A stretch of 64,000 nucleotides of DNA from a virus (taxonomy: Duplodnaviria > Caudoviricetes), in the IMG/VR virus record IMGVR_UViG_3300047539_000078, positions 64,001 through 128,000 of that record, one strand, 5' to 3'. The notes beneath the pieces were generated by a model. It saw nothing but the letters and a program-made list of their open reading frames with translations, did not search any database and was not told the DNA's origin. The translations under genes and the position numbers were made by a program. Each line of letters opens with the position of its first letter. The stretch's first letter is position 1. Below, in pieces: positions 39,201-47,801 of this stretch.

Positions 39201-40541
39201 CAGCGTCATATCCCAGTCCACCATGCTTGGGCTGGCGATATCCGCAGCAAGCGTCACATGATCGCCACGGGTTCCCCAGTGGGCTTCGGCTTTGTCTTCC
39301 GTCCACGACCAGAACACCCCGGCACCCGTCGTCTTCAGCGTTTGCCCTTTGGCGATTGAAATCTGCCGATAGACGGTGAGCGGAAAATCTATGGAGCGGT
39401 ATATGCTCACTCTTTTGTCGTACTCGTATTCTAAGGAATCATGCGCCAACCGGAGGACTTGCTTCTCCTGCTGCGCCGGTGTCAGGGATTCGAAGTTCGG
39501 AACGCTTTCATCGGCGTATTCGGCGAAATATCTCAACCCGTCGCCCAAGTCGGCGAGGAGTTTCTTCAGCCCTCCCTGTCTCTTCACCCATGCGTCGAAG
39601 TTCGGGAAGTTCGGTGCCGCCAATCCCTTCTTCAGCAAACCCGACTTGAATGCAGCCGTGATGGCCGGATTCTTCGGGTCGAACTTCCCGGCGTTGCCGA
39701 TGGCGCTCTTGACTTTGGTCGGGTCCCAGATGATGTAGTGCTTGGTGCCCCACTCCATCTCCATGGGCTTACCCCAACGGGCGGGCGTGCCGAACTCGCT
39801 GTAGGCGTCCTGGATGATGCCGTCGAAGCCCATCTCCCGGTACACATCGGCTATGAAACTGCTCTGCGCCTGGTTCCCTTCGTTATCCTCAAAGGAGTAT
39901 TCACCGTTGCGTACAGCCTTTTCAAAATCCCAGGCATTGAAAGACCCGCCGCTGTTATCGATGATATCGCCCCACGCTTTTTGAACATCGGCGCTGTCGT
40001 ATCCCGTCGCGGCGCGGTTCATCGCGTGGTACAGTTCAAGTCCGTTGCCTGAATCCTCACTGTCGTCGTCTTCGGCGATTTGAACCTCAAACATAGTGCC
40101 GCCGTTCTGTTGGACGATGACTGGGTTTTGGATGCTGAGATACACGGGCAAGGTCATGCCTTGACTATGCCCGGCGATCTCAGTTGCAGCCTTTTCCTTT
40201 GCTTTGTTGTAAAGCTTTTGGTACTCGGACTCTGGGTCGCTGCTCCACTTCGGTGTATTTCCCGTACCGTCTTCATCTTCCCAGTTGCTCATGATCTCCT
40301 CGGCACGGTGCTCAATGCGGGAGGTAATGTCCGGACCTGTCTTAGTCGCGTAGTTCTCGCTCACGTCGTACCGGGAGGATGTGAAGTACAGCCCCTTGCC
40401 GTAGTAGTTCTCCGCATTCGTCTTGTCCGGGTCGAACGCCTCGAAGTCGTGCGTCGTGCCGTGGTAGACCACCAACGGCTTGCCGTCCTCGTCGCGCACC
40501 TTGGACTTGCCGAACCACTGCTTGAAATTCTTGGTCTGCAC
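36180..40541 (-). CDS. segment of giant polyvalent protein: ART-PolyVal-like x2, other ART-like x3, 2H phosphoesterase, NUDIX
   Basis: YHGT x3; YR..WS..E motifs x2; PHIT / PHVT; GGAVKSGMSPEQSAKNELGEETG Nudix box. Confidence 0.85.
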   Translation of the reverse strand: MQTKNFKQWFGKSKVRDEDGKPLVVYHGTTHDFEAFDPDKTNAENYYGKGLYFTSSRYDVSENYATKTGPDITSRIEHRAEEIMSNWEDEDGTGNTPKWSSDPESEYQKLYNKAKEKAATEIAGHSQGMTLPVYLSIQNPVIVQQNGGTMFEVQIAEDDDSEDSGNGLELYHAMNRAATGYDSADVQKAWGDIIDNSGGSFNAWDFEKAVRNGEYSFEDNEGNQAQSSFIADVYREMGFDGIIQDAYSEFGTPARWGKPMEMEWGTKHYIIWDPTKVKSAIGNAGKFDPKNPAITAAFKSGLLKKGLAAPNFPNFDAWVKRQGGLKKLLADLGDGLRYFAEYADESVPNFESLTPAQQEKQVLRLAHDSLEYEYDKRVSIYRSIDFPLTVYRQISIAKGQTLKTTGAGVFWSWTEDKAEAHWGTRGDHVTLAADIASPSMVDWDMTLSVNLHPSIGDDEDECRLKDGAQIMLTGILKDPNVGWEDPSPEGPITITAGKTAESKTAAAQAIVLINLPDEAAKKIIELGNSTIPDDDLAGDGREKTPHITVRYGVEENAEKLGGALRDQPPFTATLGRLQVFQPSASSKGTCPIVALVQAPQLTALHGVVDKFLGNRPEDFEFAPHVTIAFVKPEVAERYRNSNAFEGISFQVDEVVLSSKDKKQTPVPLGIKTASAGELYHGTSLEAAEAIRVNGLWSQSKEVYATTDINDALYYGCLTGCGRVWNPNNHGTHFEGEFAVVVLDQIKSGLKNVEGDLWRGTGLVPPEAVIRVDVYDAADTEHGKKTASAGDADAYSRLYAMHNEIINMDARKAWFDSSKDENPIAVRRLYVQMLPKMVTIIKDFTALAKTKSGPGISDYLNERVKYSNGDMIYAEAEAAAGDYEEAANHLDRALSRIHTALESNAFEERIEYKANLYSPNRKAGAADPKWFAGSKVVDAQGNPLTVYHGTIHQFEKFKSGEEGIFFTANPDVASKYTGKDEGSNVHPVQLSVKRPLTISPSEYLNGQLENGQLLMDAGNGYDGLRITSDPELDDLWDGDTWVVFKPSQIRSVYKTAAESKYDKACRQIAEDDELWNMVVDYVQVPDAPIEKLAPILKTIPPFVPNAFGGKCIYRGEPHYSGAYDEKWHYRGTPTWTGSHREVLSWSSNWDTAFYFAEGRGFVWQSVGKIQGVQLSDIVTWRMRARPGESHYSGMQGEWFVLSGNLKAKEAVRDRKTAAEGYIEEGQWAGEGDAASGILPVCPSKGTVCLAWRSNAVHQGDCWGTIGGAVKSGMSPEQSAKNELGEETGYRGGINLIPAHVFTDGGFKYHNFIGVVGAEFAYNPGDAHEWETDALEWMPLEEVLEKMETEPGSFHPGLVELLKNDNAKLHSLMGKPKTAAGWVRGLWITADGKELPLEYNEDHGRAATRLGLAPKSDYTSAVAYAWKRVQFGCPSTTRKSASRCTIWVRATLANW

Positions 40542-41160
40542 CGCTGGCTTTTTTGCTTAGGTTTTGGCTGGAGAAGCTTCGGCTTAACCTTGGCTTAGGC
40601 TTTGACTTCGTCTTCGGTTGCTCCGGCTGTGTCGCAGGCTCGTCACGCTGCAGCACATCCTCGTCTTCATCCCGTTCGGGGAACTGCTGCGAGACCTCGG
40701 GGATTTCCGGTGCGATTTGCGTGGGAGATGCGGCGGTCTTCGATGTCCGGTTTTCCTCCACGGTTGCGCGGAAGTCCTCGATCGGGAATTGCTCTACCGC
40801 GCCGAGGCGTTCGTCCTTCCAGCTCTTGGGGTAGTGCTTCAGGTACAGGCTGGTGGCCTCATCAGCGGAGTCTGCACCCAAAACGCACTTGTATTCATCC
40901 GTCGTGCCATCCTCGTTTAATTGTTCTATGATATATGCATTGGGGGCATTCTCATTTGGTCCGATGTAGACATCCAAAGGCTCTTCGTCTCTTCCTAACG
41001 GAGCTTCATCCGCATCGGTTCCGATAAAGCCGTAATCCACGACCATCACGCGCTTCCAGGATTTGCCGTCTTTGTCTTCACCCTCACGGATGGAGCCTTC
41101 AGGCCACTCTACGACGACGGGAATCCCTTGAAATGTTTTCTTTGTGTGCTCTGGCTTCAT
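40342..41160 (-). CDS. N-terminal segment of giant polyvalent protein: inorganic pyrophosphatase-like (InPase) domain
   Basis: GIPVVVEWPEGSIREG.D.DG..W...DYG...D.EPLDVYIG...EQ...DEYK..LG; then SKTAAS linker and a Pro/Lys tract. Confidence 0.8.
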   Translation of the reverse strand: MKPEHTKKTFQGIPVVVEWPEGSIREGEDKDGKSWKRVMVVDYGFIGTDADEAPLGRDEEPLDVYIGPNENAPNAYIIEQLNEDGTTDEYKCVLGADSADEATSLYLKHYPKSWKDERLGAVEQFPIEDFRATVEENRTSKTAASPTQIAPEIPEVSQQFPERDEDEDVLQRDEPATQPEQPKTKSKPKPRLSRSFSSQNLSKKASGADQEFQAVVRQVQGARRGRQAVGGLPRHDARLRGVRPGQDECGELLRQGAVLHILPVRRERELRD

Positions 41161-41966
41161 TATGAGATATCCCAGTCTTTGCGTAACTGACGGACGGTAG
41201 TTCCCCAGTATCTTTTGATGCGGGTACGTATGGCTTTTACGGACTTTAGGCCGAATTTTGCGGCTAGTTCGGGGAGTTCTAATCCTTCTCTGATGTAGGA
41301 CTCCAGTGGTTCCTTAGCAATATGCGCATGCATAGACCCTTGGGGGCATTCCAGTCCCAGACCAAGGCGTGCGGGAATGGGGTTGGTGCCAAAATGGCGG
41401 ACAGTTTCACGGCACAGTCTTGCTTTGGATATCCCCGTGCGCTTACGGATTTCTTTCATAGTCAACCCATCTCGGAAAAATTCCAGCAGTTCACATTTGC
41501 TTATCTGTGGAAACAATCTCAATCGGCTCGCTTGCTGACTTTTGCGAAGTTTAGCTCGATACTCAGATGAAGCCGCTCGTTTCAACGCCTTTTTGCTTAT
41601 TTTCTCCTTTGCTTCCTCGGTCATTGGACCACCAAATCCGCCTTCATGGGCATTATACCCATTCGGCGTTAGCGTACCAAGGCTGGCAATGTAATGCCGT
41701 TCAAGGCTATCCAACTCTATCTGAGTGTCGGCATAAGCCAGTACTCTTGTTTCAAAAGCGTTTGCCCCGTGCTTCAAAATAGCATTGTCTAGGATAGGCT
41801 GGTGCCCTGGGTTGGTTCTTAGATGGCGCAGCACCTCAGCCCATCGCACCTCTACCCCTCTGGTGGTTTGACCAACGTAGCCTTTTCCATTGACCGTGCA
41901 TTGACGAAGATATACGGTACCGTAGGGTTTGTCGGCTGCGGTGTGGTTTGGGTTGGTTCCAGGCAT
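41160..41966 (-). CDS. GIY-YIG homing endonuclease with C-terminal HTH-like repeats
   Basis: GTVY..NGKGYVGQT..R..E..YI..PNGYN; visibly more AT-rich; its stop overlaps the ATG of the giant gene (TAATG). Confidence 0.85.
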   Translation of the reverse strand: MPGTNPNHTAADKPYGTVYLRQCTVNGKGYVGQTTRGVEVRWAEVLRHLRTNPGHQPILDNAILKHGANAFETRVLAYADTQIELDSLERHYIASLGTLTPNGYNAHEGGFGGPMTEEAKEKISKKALKRAASSEYRAKLRKSQQASRLRLFPQISKCELLEFFRDGLTMKEIRKRTGISKARLCRETVRHFGTNPIPARLGLGLECPQGSMHAHIAKEPLESYIREGLELPELAAKFGLKSVKAIRTRIKRYWGTTVRQLRKDWDIS

Positions 41967-41988
41967 CTTCGGACGGGCTCCGCCCTCA

Positions 41989-42006
41989 ATTATGCGCCCC
42001 AAAGTC
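41989..42006 (-). promoter_or_regulatory. putative phage late promoter GACTTT-N6-CATAAT
   Basis: Same motif as at 14012; heads the GIY-YIG / giant-gene operon. Confidence 0.5.
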
Positions 42007-42081
42007 GGAAAAACGGGTATTATACCGCATGCCGTCCCGTAGACCAGTTAGTTCAACAATACACTATCAAATCTATGGATA

Positions 42082-43359
42082 GTGAAACGGAGATATCCCA
42101 CCTTGGCTAAGAAACCAACAAGAGCCGCATCGAGAACCGTCCTTCTTTCGGAAATCAAGCGTATCGCCAAGCAGTTCCCGGACGCGGAAATCACCCGCGA
42201 CTTCTTCCGGGCGAACTCCAAATACGAACGGGCCATCTACACATACTGGCCGAGCTTCCCCGCGTTCGCTATGGCTGCAGGCGTAAAGGTAGTAACCCCC
42301 CCGACGCCCGCCGTACCACCCGCGCCTGCCGTCCCGATGTCGCCGGAGCAGAAGGTCGAACTTGAAAAAGACAAGATGAAGGCCAAGAAGGACGACCTGG
42401 CATCCAAGGTCAAGGTCCTGACGGAGCAGAATCTGCGCCTTGAGGGCGAACTGCTGGACGTGTTTTCCATTCGCGACCACACGCCCCAAGTCACGATCAT
42501 CGTGCCGAAGGTAAGCTCCGGTACATCTGAATCCGTCGCCGTGTTCGTCGCCTCCGATTGGCACGTCGAGGAGAACGTAGAACCGGGAACAGTCGGCTTC
42601 CGTAATGAGTTCAACCTGGAAATCGCTGATATTCGCATCCAGAATTTCTTCAAGGGCTCTTTCCGCCTGTTTGACATCCTGCGCCGGGACACCACCATCA
42701 AGACCGTCATCCTGGCGCTCCTAGGCGATTTCATCACGAACACGATCCACGAGGACTTGCAGGAAAGCAACAACCTGATGCCCGGCGATGCCATCTACTT
42801 CGCCGAGAACAAGATCGTCTCCGGCATCTATTTCCTGCTTGAACAGTGCCCCAAGGATGTGACGTTCCTGATCGTTTGCCACAGCGGCAACCACGGGCGC
42901 ATGACCAAGAAGCAGCGCGGCACCACGGAAGCCGGAAACTCTCTTGAGCACTATATGTACTACCATCTGCGGGACTTCTTCAAGGGCGAAGAACGCATCA
43001 AGTTCCAGATCGCGGAAGGCTACCACTCGTTGGTTCGCCTTTTCGACAACCACTATACGATCCGCTTCCACCACGGTCATTCCATCAACTACGGCGGCGG
43101 CGTTGGCGGCATCACCATACCGGTCCTCAAGGCCATCGACAAGTGGAACACCGGGGACAAGTTCATCAACCTCGATGTATTCGGCCACTTCCACCAGTTC
43201 ATCGACTACGGGAATTTTGTTGCAAATGGCTCGCTGATAGGGCAAAATGATTTTGCGGTCAGAATCAAGGCCGCGTTCGAGAAGCCCCAGCAGGCGTTCT
43301 TCCTGGTCAACAAGAAGTGGAACAGCAAGACCATGGTGACGCCCGTATTCTTGGATTAA
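42082..43359 (+). CDS. calcineurin-like metallophosphoesterase with N-terminal HTH/coiled-coil region
   Basis: SDWH, LGDF, GNHG, HHGH, GHFH, NGSL. Confidence 0.85.
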   Translation: MKRRYPTLAKKPTRAASRTVLLSEIKRIAKQFPDAEITRDFFRANSKYERAIYTYWPSFPAFAMAAGVKVVTPPTPAVPPAPAVPMSPEQKVELEKDKMKAKKDDLASKVKVLTEQNLRLEGELLDVFSIRDHTPQVTIIVPKVSSGTSESVAVFVASDWHVEENVEPGTVGFRNEFNLEIADIRIQNFFKGSFRLFDILRRDTTIKTVILALLGDFITNTIHEDLQESNNLMPGDAIYFAENKIVSGIYFLLEQCPKDVTFLIVCHSGNHGRMTKKQRGTTEAGNSLEHYMYYHLRDFFKGEERIKFQIAEGYHSLVRLFDNHYTIRFHHGHSINYGGGVGGITIPVLKAIDKWNTGDKFINLDVFGHFHQFIDYGNFVANGSLIGQNDFAVRIKAAFEKPQQAFFLVNKKWNSKTMVTPVFLD

Positions 43360-43368
43360 AGGACTATC

Positions 43369-43581
43369 ATGGCTGAAATTGTGTTCATGGGAACAATGGA
43401 AATCTTCGGGGACCCCATATTCGTGGTGTCCAAAACCAAGGTCGGGGCTCAGCGGGCGCTGTTCAAGTACTACCGCGACTACCCGGACCGCACCACCGAT
43501 TTCAAGACATGGGCGGAATTTGAGGATCAGTTCGGTCCTTGGATTATCTCGGGTGCTTGGGACCAGATCATGCATCCGTAA
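43369..43581 (+). CDS. hypothetical protein
   Basis: AAGGA RBS, 70 aa. Confidence 0.5.
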   Translation: MAEIVFMGTMEIFGDPIFVVSKTKVGAQRALFKYYRDYPDRTTDFKTWAEFEDQFGPWIISGAWDQIMHP

Positions 43582-43589
43582 GAGGCGTT

Positions 43590-43931
43590 ATGAGCGAGTA
43601 TGTGTGCGGAAGCTGCTACAAGCTTGTCGATGCGAGCCGAGGCTTCAATCATGAAGACGGCTGTCCGAGAATAGAACGAACCGTGTTCATCATCGTGGAG
43701 ACGGCTGCCGGACCTACTGGCGCAGTCCACACCTACGCGAGAGAGACGGAGTTCCGCCATATCCGCAAGGGCGACCGTTTCGTCTTCAATGAAGAGTCGT
43801 ACGTGAACCCGCTGGCCCCCGATGCGAAGGTGTACACCGCCACCGGCGATGCCTATCCGTTCCCCAAGGTTGTCCTCGACAACGGTATAACGTACGACTC
43901 CCCAAGCAACTTTGCCGTGGATGTAGACTAG
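43590..43931 (+). CDS. hypothetical protein with N-terminal CxxC..H..C
   Basis: AGAGG RBS; CGSC...H..GC. Confidence 0.5.
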   Translation: MSEYVCGSCYKLVDASRGFNHEDGCPRIERTVFIIVETAAGPTGAVHTYARETEFRHIRKGDRFVFNEESYVNPLAPDAKVYTATGDAYPFPKVVLDNGITYDSPSNFAVDVD

Positions 43932-44131
43932 CAGGCGTGGCGCTTCATCGCCGCACGGCTGTGGAGCTGGGTGTCGCACCCCTTGCAGAAGCGACGCCCC
44001 ATCGTGCCGAGGCGGCGGCTCAACTGGTGAGCCACCAACCCGGCGTAGTTCCCCCACTTGGAATGCGAGATTTTGTGCGTCCCCTTCCCGAGCTTGCGAC
44101 CCTTCTTCCCCTTCTTTCGTGTTGCTTCCAT
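43928..44131 (-). CDS. small basic zinc-finger-like protein
   Basis: AAGGAG RBS; CKGC..H..RH.C. Confidence 0.5.
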   Translation of the reverse strand: MEATRKKGKKGRKLGKGTHKISHSKWGNYAGLVAHQLSRRLGTMGRRFCKGCDTQLHSRAAMKRHAC

Positions 44132-44141
44132 GACTTCTCCT

Positions 44142-44711
44142 TTAGTCCCACCAATCGAGTAAGCGCTTGCGAATCATGTTGCTCAAATACACCACATCCG
44201 CATCCTTCTGGGCGTTCTCCTTCTTAAAGAGCCGTGCGAACTCCTCCGCCTCCAGCTTGATTTCGGCCTCCGTCACGGCCTTTTCCTTCGAGATCGCCAC
44301 TGCGGTGGTGAGGAGGCGTCCGTCCTTGTCCCAGCTATGCGGGATGTGTTCGACGTGCGTTTTGCCCCATTTTGCGTTGTGCTGTGCCTGCGGGATGTCG
44401 GCGTAGGCGTCCTCGTGGATTCTCTTGCAGAGTGCCGCAGCGAGACGCAGTTCTGCGGCGCGTGATGACGAACTTGTGGAATGGCCGTGCCGGGTGTGGT
44501 ATTCCGCCATGCGGCGGAACTTGAACTCCCACAAGGCGAGCAGGAATGCGTGATCCCAGTCGCGGTCGAACCAGATGACGGGGAGATACAGCCACAGGTT
44601 TATCAGGCCGTATTTGACACAGCGGAATGGGTAGATAACGTCCGTCCAGATTTTTGACGAACGTTCACGGATGTCCCGAAAAAGGGATAGCAGCATGGAG
44701 TAACAATTCAT
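44142..44711 (-). CDS. hypothetical protein
   Basis: IWFDRDWD...WWD-type phage protein. Confidence 0.6.
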   Translation of the reverse strand: MNCYSMLLSLFRDIRERSSKIWTDVIYPFRCVKYGLINLWLYLPVIWFDRDWDHAFLLALWEFKFRRMAEYHTRHGHSTSSSSRAAELRLAAALCKRIHEDAYADIPQAQHNAKWGKTHVEHIPHSWDKDGRLLTTAVAISKEKAVTEAEIKLEAEEFARLFKKENAQKDADVVYLSNMIRKRLLDWWD

Positions 44712-44833
44712 AGGTGTTGCCCCCTTGGCAACTAATGACCTGTGATGTTAATTTCCATGTGCCTCCTTGTTGAGACTGGTGAGATGACTACTAGACCATA
44801 ATACCACTTCAGTAGGGATTTTGGAAGTCAATT

Positions 44834-44923
44834 TTACCGGCGAGTGTAGACGTATACGAGGAAAGCAAGCAAGAGAATCCCGCAGAGACTGAAATACGCG
44901 AAAATTTCAAGTAGTGTTTTCAT
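44834..44923 (-). CDS. 29-aa single-TM peptide (not in the ORF track)
   Basis: GAGAAAGG RBS; MKTLLEIFAYFSLCGILLLAFLVYVYTRR*. Confidence 0.45.
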   Translation of the reverse strand: MKTLLEIFAYFSLCGILLLAFLVYVYTRR

Positions 44924-44978
44924 CCTTTCTCCTCATATGCTAAAGGATGCCACCGCTCGAAAATTTTTAGTTGGTGAT

Positions 44979-45404
44979 TTACTGAATCGTGGAACTTACC
45001 GGCTGTTCGTCTGAGGGAACGCTTGGCGTCACTGGACTCGCTTCCGGCTTCGGTGCTTCAATCGGCTCGGCCTTGTAGCTGAACGTGATGGGCTCGTCTA
45101 GATTCTTGCCGTCGTCCTCTGCCGATGTCTCGGTCATGATGGAGACGCGCATCTCTCGGAATTGCTCGATGGTGCCGCGAGCGACGATAGCCTTGCCGCC
45201 CTGGGCGAGAAGCAATGCACACACCAATGCGGACAGGCGGCTCTCGGATAGCTTGGACTTCTCCACCTGTTGAATCAGCGGGGCGGCCATCTTCTGGAAT
45301 GCGCCCTCGGGGTCCATGACGACTTCCTGCAATTGCTGGTGAAGTTGCTGGACGGTCTGCTGTGCCTCAAACATCTTCTTGCGGCGAGTGAATCCCGATC
45401 CCAT
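44979..45404 (-). CDS. hypothetical protein
   Basis: GGAGG RBS; coiled-coil N-terminus. Confidence 0.55.
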   Translation of the reverse strand: MGSGFTRRKKMFEAQQTVQQLHQQLQEVVMDPEGAFQKMAAPLIQQVEKSKLSESRLSALVCALLLAQGGKAIVARGTIEQFREMRVSIMTETSAEDDGKNLDEPITFSYKAEPIEAPKPEASPVTPSVPSDEQPVSSTIQ

Positions 45405-45431
45405 TACTTTCCTCCCTTGGTGAACTGGATT

Positions 45432-46007
45432 TTAGGACCGAGACCGAAAGTCTTCTTGAGACGACGCTTTGTTCGGTACCGGGGGCGATCCCCCGTCGTG
45501 CATGTGACCAAAGACATCAAGGTTCACGTCAACCGCTGCGGTCTTGGGAGGGATTGATTGATCCCACACGCCCACGGGCAAATCGTTCAACGGCTTCACG
45601 GAGTTAGTGACTGGGGGCTTCGCCGGTGTTGCGGGGTCAACGAGCTGTGGAACGACCTTGCTGGCGGTCGGGTTGTACTTGCCGGTATCCGGATGCGGCT
45701 GGATGCCCTGCTCGATTACGGAGTCGGCTGGCTTGACGGTGACTGTGGTAGCCCCGAAAGTTGGGTCCAGCTTCGGTCTCTCAGTGATCTTGGTCTCGAA
45801 TTTCTCAGGGTCCTTGACCTTTGGCGTCGTGGGTGTGGCCGTGTACGGCATGATCTTGGCGGCCTGCGTGGGATTGATGTAGAGTTCCCCGAGAATGGAG
45901 TTAGTGATGTGCATAGCGGTCATAGGCGAATTCTTCTTGAAGACTTGACCGTCAATGGTGAAAAAGTCACCGGGCTTCAAGGCAATCCATTTGTCCATGT
46001 TTCCCAT
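45432..46007 (-). CDS. Pro/Thr-rich hypothetical protein
   Basis: AAGGA RBS, 191 aa. Confidence 0.55.
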   Translation of the reverse strand: MGNMDKWIALKPGDFFTIDGQVFKKNSPMTAMHITNSILGELYINPTQAAKIMPYTATPTTPKVKDPEKFETKITERPKLDPTFGATTVTVKPADSVIEQGIQPHPDTGKYNPTASKVVPQLVDPATPAKPPVTNSVKPLNDLPVGVWDQSIPPKTAAVDVNLDVFGHMHDGGSPPVPNKASSQEDFRSRS

Positions 46008-46078
46008 GTTAGTCCTTTTAAGGAGCTAAGCCGGAGGCTACCTATTAAACCTACGGCCCGCTCCCCACTTCTGTGATA

Positions 46079-47801
46079 CTATGATACTACCGTTGCGCTG
46101 TTTTCATCGGCATTTTCTTTGGGGATGTCGATGCCACGGTCGGACAGGAATTTCTCAGCCAGCTTCTTGATGTAGTCAGCCTGGACCACCTGAAGCTTTG
46201 TAACCAAATCCTGATTGGGGTCCCGAAGCCCGGTGATCTGCTGTGTCTTCAGTCCAAGAACGTCCTGAACAACAGGGTCACTCCCATGTTCCGAAACGAG
46301 ATAGTAAACCACGACGGGCTCATCCTGCCCATCACGCCAGACGCGCCCGATATTTTGTTCATGGACGCCCGGGCTCCAATCGAGTTCTCCGAATACGACG
46401 ACATGTGCGACATCCTGGAGTCCGTCCGTGCCCTGTCCCGACCGTAAACTCATCATCATGACCTTGGAATCGCCGTAGATGAATGCCTTCTTGGAGGCTT
46501 CCTTCTGCGCCGGTGTCTCGGACCCGGTGTACATTACTGGATTGAATTGGGCCAGCCGTTCCAGCCATATCTCGTAGACTTCGCGGTGCCAACCGAACAG
46601 GATGACCTTTTCGTTATCGTTTTCGATGAGGAACTTGACGAACTCGGCGACGAACGGGGCTTTTGAGATGCCGGTCGCCTGCCGCATACGCATGTCAAAC
46701 TCGCCCGCCGCCTGCATCTTCTCGCCCTTAAATGATTGGTTCTGCTTCATGATGGTCTTGGCGAGTTCTATGGCTTTGCCTTCCAGAGCGTTCCAGGACG
46801 GTAACATCCGTGTCAATGGTGTGCGGCACGACCGTGATTGCAGGAAGCTCTCTCCGCACCTGCTGGCGGGTTCTGCGCAGCATTATGCCCTCGTCCCGTG
46901 CGTAGGTTCCGAAAGCCTTGGGGTCCTTGATGGAGTCCTTCCCATAGGCGTGAGTGCACCATTCACGGTTGAACTCCTCGCGGGTGCCCAGGACATCCGG
47001 CTGGAGAACGTTCACGACGTTGAAGATTTCCCCGCCGTAATTGTAGATTGGAGTGGCGCTCAGCCCGAGACGCCATTTTACATGCGATGCGACGTGCTGC
47101 GCCGCCTTGTACTTTAAGGAGCCGTCATGGCGTAGTTCTTGGCATTCGTCGAAGATGACGCTTTTCATGATTGGGGCGAGCGTGTCGGCCCAGCCGTGGA
47201 GCTTGTGGTAGGTTGAAATGACGACATCGGGGAACTTGCCTTTTTTCACCAAGTCGTAAGGTGTACCCGTGCGCAATCGGTGCGAGGTCATCCCGTCCAC
47301 GAATTTGTCGATCTGTTCCGCCCATTGGATCTGCATGTGGGATGGAACAACCACAAGGGTGGGCAAAAGCCGGGAATCGGTCAATCCCGCGATGCCGACC
47401 GCCGTCTTTCCGAGGCCTACATCGTCAGCGAGGAGAAGTCCCCCGGCAGTCAGCCACATATTCGCAGCAAATGTTTGGTAATCTCGGGCTGGAAGCTTCA
47501 TGTCGAACTTCTGGGAAGCTGTCATCCCGCTCAACAGCTTTTCAAGGATCGTGGCTTTTTCCTTGTACTCGCCCGACAAACTATCCATCATTTGCTGGGC
47601 ATGCGAGTCCACATTCAGTGGGTAGCGCTGGAGAAACCATTCCAAGTCGCGGCTGGTCTCGGGGGTCGCACTAAGTTTGAAGGTGCCGTGGGCGGACTTG
47701 TCCACCTTGCCGAAGATACGCTTCAGGCGGAGAGCTACGTGCGGCTCACACTCTATCATCCATAACTTATTCTTGTACTTGAGATTGCCGTAGAACCGCA
47801 T
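46079..47801 (-). CDS. SNF2-family (SF2) helicase (apparent frameshift near 46800)
   Basis: LLADDVGLGKT, DECQ, SATP; C-lobe SLRSG.G.DGLQ, ELDWSPG..EQ.IGRV.RDGQ. Confidence 0.88.

Noticed and set aside
40545-40595. Programmed ribosomal frameshift at the A6 run between the InPase and first ART module
   Set aside because: Two single-base deletions restore a natural KPKVKPKLLQPKPKQKKPAVQ linker, and indels are common throughout the window, so assembly error is the simpler explanation.
26263-41160. Inteins or introns as the cause of the giant gene's size and breaks
   Set aside because: No intein C/S...HN-[CST] junctions or LAGLIDADG motifs recognised, and the breaks involve 1-2 nt rather than inserted sequence.
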